Source of the DNA: Nitrososphaeria archaeon
GTDB taxonomy: Archaea > Thermoproteota > Nitrososphaeria > Geothermarchaeales > JDFR-13
Direction of reading: 5' to 3'
Assembly (NCBI GenBank): GCA_027078545.1
Contig: JALWXN010000004.1
Coordinates: forward strand, 928,001 to 992,000
DNA length: 64,000 nucleotides
Part shown: positions 58,695 through 64,000 of the stretch, piece by piece
Position numbering within the stretch: position 1 is the first letter of the stretch
Layout of the letters: every line of letters begins with the position of its first letter
The notes under the pieces: generated by a model
The model's database searches: none
The model's input: only the letters and a program-made list of their open reading frames with translations
Told to the model about the DNA's origin: nothing
Program-made: the position numbers and the translations under genes

Positions 58695-58926
58695 CCAGCT
58701 CCTCCTCATCCCTAACCCCCGAGACGACTATCCTCCCATTCTCGAATACGCTCACCTCATACTTACCGTAGAGACCCTTTGTAAATATCTTCCCGATCCT
58801 CCTAGCGCCCTCGAGCTTCGAGACCACCCTATCCTTCAGGCTCTCCCAGGCCTCCCTCTTCACATAGACGCTATAGGTATCAGTCTCCCCACAGTGCTTC
58901 TCAACAGTCTCGAGAAGCTCCCTCAC
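58663..58926 (-). CDS. 87-aa protein coupled to sufS, resembling the C-terminal domain of long MoeB/ThiF proteins
   Basis: HCG..TY and VSVFENGRIVVSGVRDEEE; GTG start overlaps the sufS stop. Confidence 0.75.
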   Translation of the reverse strand: MRELLETVEKHCGETDTYSVYVKREAWESLKDRVVSKLEGARRIGKIFTKGLYGKYEVSVFENGRIVVSGVRDEEELVNVLSELFSS

Positions 58927-60158
58927 TACCCACTCACCAGCTCCTCGATGAGGCTGGCTACATACTCAGCCTCCTCATACGTGTTGTATATGTAGAAGCT
59001 CGCCCTGGCACTAGCCTCTATACCCAGCCTCTTATGGAGAGGCCCCGTACAGTGGTGCCCACTCCTAATTGCTACTCCCTGGCTGTCCAGGTATGCAGCG
59101 ACCTCATGGGCGTTGAAGCCCTCAACGTTGAAAGATACCAGGCCGGCCCTATCCTCACGCCTCCTAGGGCCATAGACCTCGACACCATCCAGCTCGGCCA
59201 ACCTAGTGTATAGCGTCCACATCAGGCTATTCACATATCTATGTATGTTCTCCATACCTATCGACTCGAGATACTCGAGGGCCACTGGGAAGACCGCTAT
59301 CTCGGCGAAAGCCGGTGTACCTGCCTCATACTTGATGGGCGGATCTGCATAGGTCACGACTGGGCTATAGTCATCGCGGTAGGAGACGCTCCTAATCATG
59401 TCGCCACCACCCTCGAAGACCCCCATCTCCCTATACAGATCCTTCCTAACATAGAGGACACCCACACCCGTGGGGCCCAGCATCTTATGTGAGCTGAAGA
59501 CCATGAAGTCAACGTCAAGCCTCTTAACATCCAGCCTCATATGTGGAGCCGACTGGGTAGCGTCTAGGAGAACCAGGGCACCAGCCTCACGGGCCAGTTT
59601 AACAACGCTTGATACATCGTTGATCGTGGATAGCACGTTGGATACGTGGGGGAATGTTATGATCTTGGCCCCCCTAATCTTCTCCGCCAGATCCTCCATA
59701 TCGATATACCCATCATCAGTTATCTCGACACCGATGTGATCAGCCCCCCGGAAACCAGTCACGATGTGGAATGGGACGATGGTCGCATGATGATCCATAA
59801 GTGTGTATAGGACCTTGTCACCACTATCAAGGTTGTAGAGGCCCCATGCATAGGCTACTAGGTTGACACCCTCGGTGGCGCTCCTAACGAAGATGATCTC
59901 CTCGGGCTCGGCATTTATGAATCTGGCCACCTTCTCACGGGCCTCCTCATACAGCTTACTCGCCTCATTGCCCAGGCTATGTATACCCCTATGGACATTG
60001 GCGTTCCTCATCAGGTAGAACTCCTTCAACGCCTCGACAACCTGTACAGGCTTCTGGGTAGTGGCTGCGTTATCCAGGTATATCAATCTACGCCCGTTGA
60101 ACATCCTCTCGAGGATGGGGAAGTCCCTGCGTATATATGCCACGTCAAGGCTACACAT
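58926..60158 (-). CDS. sufS: Group II cysteine desulfurase
   Basis: YLDNAATTQKP, SSHKMLGPTG, RSGHHC; start set at MCSLDV. Confidence 0.95.
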   Translation of the reverse strand: MCSLDVAYIRRDFPILERMFNGRRLIYLDNAATTQKPVQVVEALKEFYLMRNANVHRGIHSLGNEASKLYEEAREKVARFINAEPEEIIFVRSATEGVNLVAYAWGLYNLDSGDKVLYTLMDHHATIVPFHIVTGFRGADHIGVEITDDGYIDMEDLAEKIRGAKIITFPHVSNVLSTINDVSSVVKLAREAGALVLLDATQSAPHMRLDVKRLDVDFMVFSSHKMLGPTGVGVLYVRKDLYREMGVFEGGGDMIRSVSYRDDYSPVVTYADPPIKYEAGTPAFAEIAVFPVALEYLESIGMENIHRYVNSLMWTLYTRLAELDGVEVYGPRRREDRAGLVSFNVEGFNAHEVAAYLDSQGVAIRSGHHCTGPLHKRLGIEASARASFYIYNTYEEAEYVASLIEELVSG

Positions 60159-60223
60159 ACATATATAATGATTACACCAGCCCGAATAAAGGGTTGGGTA
60201 TAGATAGTGGACGGTGTATAGAC

Positions 60224-60688
60224 ATGGCGGGGAAGCATATCGAGATCCTGAAGAGGCTGGAGGCGGAGGAGATACCCTACACCCTCTACTACGACCCACG
60301 GGGATTCGAGACCGTCCAGAAGGTGGTTGAATACCTAGGCGTCGACCCAGACATGGTCCTCAAAACCATGCTTATAAAGTCTCGAGACGGGATCTACGCA
60401 TTCCTCATAAGGGGTGGGAAGGAGCTCGACATGGATGTTGTTCGTGGAGAGCTGCAGGACGAGGAGGCCCGACTAGCTACCCCCGATGAGATGAGAAGTA
60501 TGGTTGGAATGGGCCCCGGGGAGGTCAGCCCTCTACATCCTAACATAGAGGGTAGGAGGGCCTACCTCGACCTCGACTCGACCAGGTATGACCATGTAAT
60601 CGTGGGTGGCGGCACGCCTAAACATGTCTTCAAGATCTCCCTCGACGACCTAGTCAGGCTATTGAAGCCCTTCTACACCTCTATCTAG
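60224..60688 (+). CDS. YbaK/ProX-family aminoacyl-tRNA deacylase
   Basis: LKTML, RLAT, GEVSP, VGGG. Confidence 0.88.
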   Translation: MAGKHIEILKRLEAEEIPYTLYYDPRGFETVQKVVEYLGVDPDMVLKTMLIKSRDGIYAFLIRGGKELDMDVVRGELQDEEARLATPDEMRSMVGMGPGEVSPLHPNIEGRRAYLDLDSTRYDHVIVGGGTPKHVFKISLDDLVRLLKPFYTSI

Positions 60689-61864
60689 CCCCCTACCCAG
60701 TATAAGGGGGACTAGCAGAGTCATCCCGAGGGCTGCTACGAGGGGTATCCACATCATACCCAGGCCAAGGAGATCCGCTAAGAAGCCTGAAAGCGGGGCG
60801 CCTATGGCGATGCCCATGATGTTGAATGTCTGCTGGAGCCCCGTGGTCACGCCCCTTATACTGTCGTCGACGGTGACGGCTAGATAGGTACTCCCAACCA
60901 TGAGGAACCCTATCGCCCCACCCAGTATCATTGAGCTTATGAAGAGCCCCCTAGGCTCTGGATTAGCCATGAGGATGTAGAGCGACAGGACTAGTAATAC
61001 ACCCCCCATTATAGCTACAGGCCTCTCCCTACCACTCCCAAGTATCCTACCGGTGAGGAACATGACTGGTATACTCACCAGTGTGGCCACACCCATATAC
61101 ATACCCATCAGGCCCGAGACCCTCTCCTCCGGCAGGCCCAGTATATCGACGAGAAGGGTGGGGTAGCCACCCACGATGAAGCCGAAGGCTATGTAGAGGC
61201 TGAAGATCATAGCTATACTAGCAACGACCCTATCCCCGAAGACCTTTACCAGCCTGATATCTACGCTCCTCCTACTCACCTCCGGTATGTCGAGGAAGCT
61301 CGGGAGGAGTAGTGTAAGCAGCCCACCCATCAGGATTATACCAGCCAGGAGTAGGAAGACCAGGCGGAAGCCGAAGAGCGTTACTATCGTGGCCGAGGTA
61401 ACGGCGCCCGCGGCTACCGATATCGCTATGAATATGAGGAATAGGGAGATCCCAGGGGCGATCCTCTCCCTCCTACTATACCTAGCCACGAGTGATATCC
61501 CGCTGGGGAATAGCATACTACCCCCGATGGCGTGGACGACCCTAGTAGCCATCAACATCTGTGGAGTGGTGGATAAGTAGTAGAGTATCATGCTCAGGAA
61601 GTCTAGGAAAAGACCTAGCCTAAGCATCCTCCACCTACCAATCCGATCCATCACGAGCCCAGCGAATATACTGGCGGGTATGGCCACGATGGAGTAAAGA
61701 CCAGCTATCAATCCAGCCTCGAACTTCGTGGCGCCTAGACTATACGAGTATGGCGATATTATGGAGATGAGAAAACTCGTGTCTATAACGCCTATGAAGG
61801 CTATGAGGCTCAGTATGTAGATGATGAGCCCCTCGAGACTTCTCTCCTCACCTACTCTCTCCAC
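60659..61864 (-). CDS. MFS transporter
   Basis: GLVMDRIGR loop; about 12 TM. Confidence 0.9.
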   Translation of the reverse strand: MERVGEERSLEGLIIYILSLIAFIGVIDTSFLISIISPYSYSLGATKFEAGLIAGLYSIVAIPASIFAGLVMDRIGRWRMLRLGLFLDFLSMILYYLSTTPQMLMATRVVHAIGGSMLFPSGISLVARYSRRERIAPGISLFLIFIAISVAAGAVTSATIVTLFGFRLVFLLLAGIILMGGLLTLLLPSFLDIPEVSRRSVDIRLVKVFGDRVVASIAMIFSLYIAFGFIVGGYPTLLVDILGLPEERVSGLMGMYMGVATLVSIPVMFLTGRILGSGRERPVAIMGGVLLVLSLYILMANPEPRGLFISSMILGGAIGFLMVGSTYLAVTVDDSIRGVTTGLQQTFNIMGIAIGAPLSGFLADLLGLGMMWIPLVAALGMTLLVPLILGRGLDRGVEGLQ

Positions 61865-62747
61865 CCTCCAGCACCTCCAACAAATTATTAACTAGGTTTC
61901 TAAACTCTTTAGAAAACTCGCTATCAGGATCCTGTACAAGTAGGCTATACCCACTATCACCCAGCTCGGCCACCCTAGGGTCTATAGGTATCCTACCCAG
62001 GAGGGGAACGTTAAACATCTTGCTCAACATCTCACCACCATTGCCAGAGAAGATCTTATACTTCTTACCATCACCACATACGAAGTAGCTCATGTTCTCC
62101 ACAATGCCCAGTACACGTATATTCGTCTTCCTAGCGAAGTTTATCGACTTGGCCACAGCCAGGGCAGAGACCTCAGTAGGCTGTGTAACAGCTATCACAC
62201 CAGCCAGATCCTTTATCGACTGTGCCAGGTTGAGGGCCTCGTCACCAGTACCAGGTGGGAGGTCAAAGAGGAGGAAGTCTAGCTCACCCCACTGGGTGTA
62301 GAGAGCCAAGTCGTCGAAAAATTTCTTCTTGAGCGGGCCCCTCCATATAACGGCCTCCGTCTTTTCCGGGAGCAGGTAGAGTATACTGACGATCTTTATG
62401 CCGTAGGGCCCGGTGACGGGAAGGATCTTCTTATCCTTCGTAACCTCTAGGGTGGCGTCCTCAACACCCAGCATCTTGGGGATGGATGGGCCGTGAAAGT
62501 CGCTGTCGAAGACCGCCACCCTATAGCCCTCCAGCGCCAGGGCGACAGCTAGATTAGCCGTGACGGTCGACTTCCCCACACCCCCCTTACCACTTATCAC
62601 CCCTATCTTATACCTTATACTCTTCATATTCTCGGCTATACGGGCCTCGATACTCTTCATCTGGAATAGGCTGGCAAGCCTCTGCTTAGTCTCCTCGTCG
62701 ATATCCCTCGACATCCCCATCTCCTCAGAATATTTGCCGGGGACCAC
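61848..62747 (-). CDS. mrp: Mrp/ApbC/Nbp35 Fe-S carrier ATPase
   Basis: SGKGGVGKST, WRGP, DLPPGTGD, GIVENMS. Confidence 0.93.
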   Translation of the reverse strand: MVPGKYSEEMGMSRDIDEETKQRLASLFQMKSIEARIAENMKSIRYKIGVISGKGGVGKSTVTANLAVALALEGYRVAVFDSDFHGPSIPKMLGVEDATLEVTKDKKILPVTGPYGIKIVSILYLLPEKTEAVIWRGPLKKKFFDDLALYTQWGELDFLLFDLPPGTGDEALNLAQSIKDLAGVIAVTQPTEVSALAVAKSINFARKTNIRVLGIVENMSYFVCGDGKKYKIFSGNGGEMLSKMFNVPLLGRIPIDPRVAELGDSGYSLLVQDPDSEFSKEFRNLVNNLLEVLEGGESR

Positions 62748-62789
62748 TAGTTATTAATAAGGAGGATATAGAAACTATATTTTTGGGAA

Positions 62790-63041
62790 ATGATTATAGG
62801 GTTCGCTGAGGCGGCCTTACTATTCATACTGGCCGGGATAGTCCTCCTCATGGTGGCGATGGCTATCCTCATACACAGGTCGAGGGGCGACCTAGGAGGA
62901 GTCGTCCTGATAGGCCCAATACCAATCATATTCGGGAACGCCAGGTTCCTCAGGAAGTATTGGTGGATGCTGGTACTGATGGGCGTAGCTATACTGGCGC
63001 TATACTTAGTCCCGATACTGATCGTGAGCATAGCCCTTTAA
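62790..63041 (+). CDS. DUF131 family membrane protein
   Basis: GGVVLIGPIPIIFG signature. Confidence 0.85.
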   Translation: MIIGFAEAALLFILAGIVLLMVAMAILIHRSRGDLGGVVLIGPIPIIFGNARFLRKYWWMLVLMGVAILALYLVPILIVSIAL

Positions 63042-63069
63042 CACCTACCCAACCCATTAATAGATTGGC

Positions 63070-63462
63070 ATGGACGTGAGGGACTACTGCGAGATATGCG
63101 GGATAGAGAGGGCTGTATACCGCTGCAGCTCATGCGGGAGGAGGGTATGTAAAGACGACTTCAACCTCTCCGAGAAGGTCTGTATAGAGTGCTACGAGGC
63201 CAGGAGAGCGGTGACTGTCGAGAACGTAGGGGGGATTATGCTTGCCGGGATACTATCCATAGTTGCCATACTACTACTATTCATAGGCTTCACATTCCTA
63301 CTCGAATCCTTCCCCCGTGGAGAGTCGATAGTCATCATATTCCCATTCATAGTGATCTCAGACCCCTACACCGGGCTCTTCATAGCCCTCGTCTATGCAG
63401 CCGTCATAATTGGGATCATGGCGCTATTCGTGAGATACTTCCTCAGGAGCATCACTGGATAG
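63070..63462 (+). CDS. Zn-finger (B-box-like) protein with C-terminal membrane domain
   Basis: CEIC...CSSCGRRVC...CIEC followed by two TM helices. Confidence 0.75.
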   Translation: MDVRDYCEICGIERAVYRCSSCGRRVCKDDFNLSEKVCIECYEARRAVTVENVGGIMLAGILSIVAILLLFIGFTFLLESFPRGESIVIIFPFIVISDPYTGLFIALVYAAVIIGIMALFVRYFLRSITG

Positions 63463-64000
63463 TAGGGGGCCGGAGTAGTAGGGAGGTATCACCAGCCTCC
63501 CTGGACGGGACTCCCTATACATAGCCTCTGAGGCCATGATCTTCGGGACGATGTAGAGCGATATAGCCGTCTCCACATCGAGCCTCCTAGCTATGAGGCG
63601 TAGAATAGGATCACCACCACCCGGCTCAGCAACCGGGAGGTATCTCCTCATACGCCTAGCCCCAGCCCTATCTATCAAGCCCTCACGTAGAAGTAGTTGG
63701 ATAACCCTCTCGACCCAGCCTGGCCTCCTAATCGGTAGGCCATAGGTCCTACGCTCAACCGGCCTGTTATGTATCGCCCTACACGCCTCCGGCATCGACA
63801 GCTCATATAGATTCCTAACCGTGTTGTACAGCCCGTAGCCCGCCGATCTGGAGACGATGTAGAGTGTATAGATGGGGCTGGGCACGTTATACATGTAGAC
63901 CGTGCCGAGTACGTCTAGGAAGCCCCGGAGAGGCTTTGCAACCTGCTCCACAGCCCTCTCCAAAACAGGGTAGTGCTGCCCAAAGAGATTCCTAGCTACA
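63424..64000 (-). CDS. Hypothetical protein, 5' end outside the window
   Basis: Frame stays open from 63963 to the window edge (VARNLFGQHYPVLER...). Confidence 0.65.
   Translation of the reverse strand, partial: VARNLFGQHYPVLERAVEQVAKPLRGFLDVLGTVYMYNVPSPIYTLYIVSRSAGYGLYNTVRNLYELSMPEACRAIHNRPVERRTYGLPIRRPGWVERVIQLLLREGLIDRAGARRMRRYLPVAEPGGGDPILRLIARRLDVETAISLYIVPKIMASEAMYRESRPGRLVIPPYYSGPLLSSDAPEEVSHE

Noticed and set aside
1-64000. Many long antisense or alternate-frame ORFs in the track (e.g. 10438..10977, 43513..44079, 49572..50210, 57870..58355)
   Set aside because: They are Ser/Pro/Leu-rich shadows of well-supported genes on the other strand or frame and carry no motifs.
1-64000. CRISPR array, tRNA, rRNA, IS/transposase, integrase, intein
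   Set aside because: No regularly spaced repeats, cloverleafs or relevant motifs were seen by eye, intergenic gaps are short, and gene lengths are normal.

Overview
Gene-dense archaeal chromosome segment, most likely from a thermophilic TACK/Thermoproteota-type organism. Evidence: PolB2, archaeal PoK/PPS CoA route, tungsten AOR, GGAGGTG-type SD, heavy AGG/ATA/CTA codon use. Left to right it holds: the 3' part of a PolB2 polymerase; a large secreted beta-helix protein; a propionate/acyl-CoA catabolic region (acyl-CoA synthetase, prpB, prpD, citrate/methylcitrate synthase, two acyl-CoA dehydrogenases, thiolase + DUF35) that is interrupted by a partly AT-richer ~4.8 kb cassette (ABC-2 exporter divergent from a small secreted protein and two tandem paralogous membrane-anchored proteins, the second with a frameshifted signal peptide); a BMP nucleoside ABC importer with an HTH-PRTase regulator; a C/D-box guide sRNA candidate with two 16S-complementary guides; an ECF S component; a MacB/FtsX ABC system; CoA genes; ino1; AOR with Moco/Wco genes; pyrG, nfi, dcd, serS, aminotransferases and tmk; and a sulfur/Fe-S cluster (sufCBD, rhodanese-fused thiI, sufS with a small Cys-containing partner, Mrp/ApbC). 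I saw no tRNA, rRNA, CRISPR array or transposase. The best candidates for something new are the secreted-protein/immunity-like export cassette (5.4-10.2 kb), the SufS-coupled 87-aa protein, and two similar structured leaders at 37.6 and 39.2 kb. All calls come from reading motifs by eye; no searches were run.
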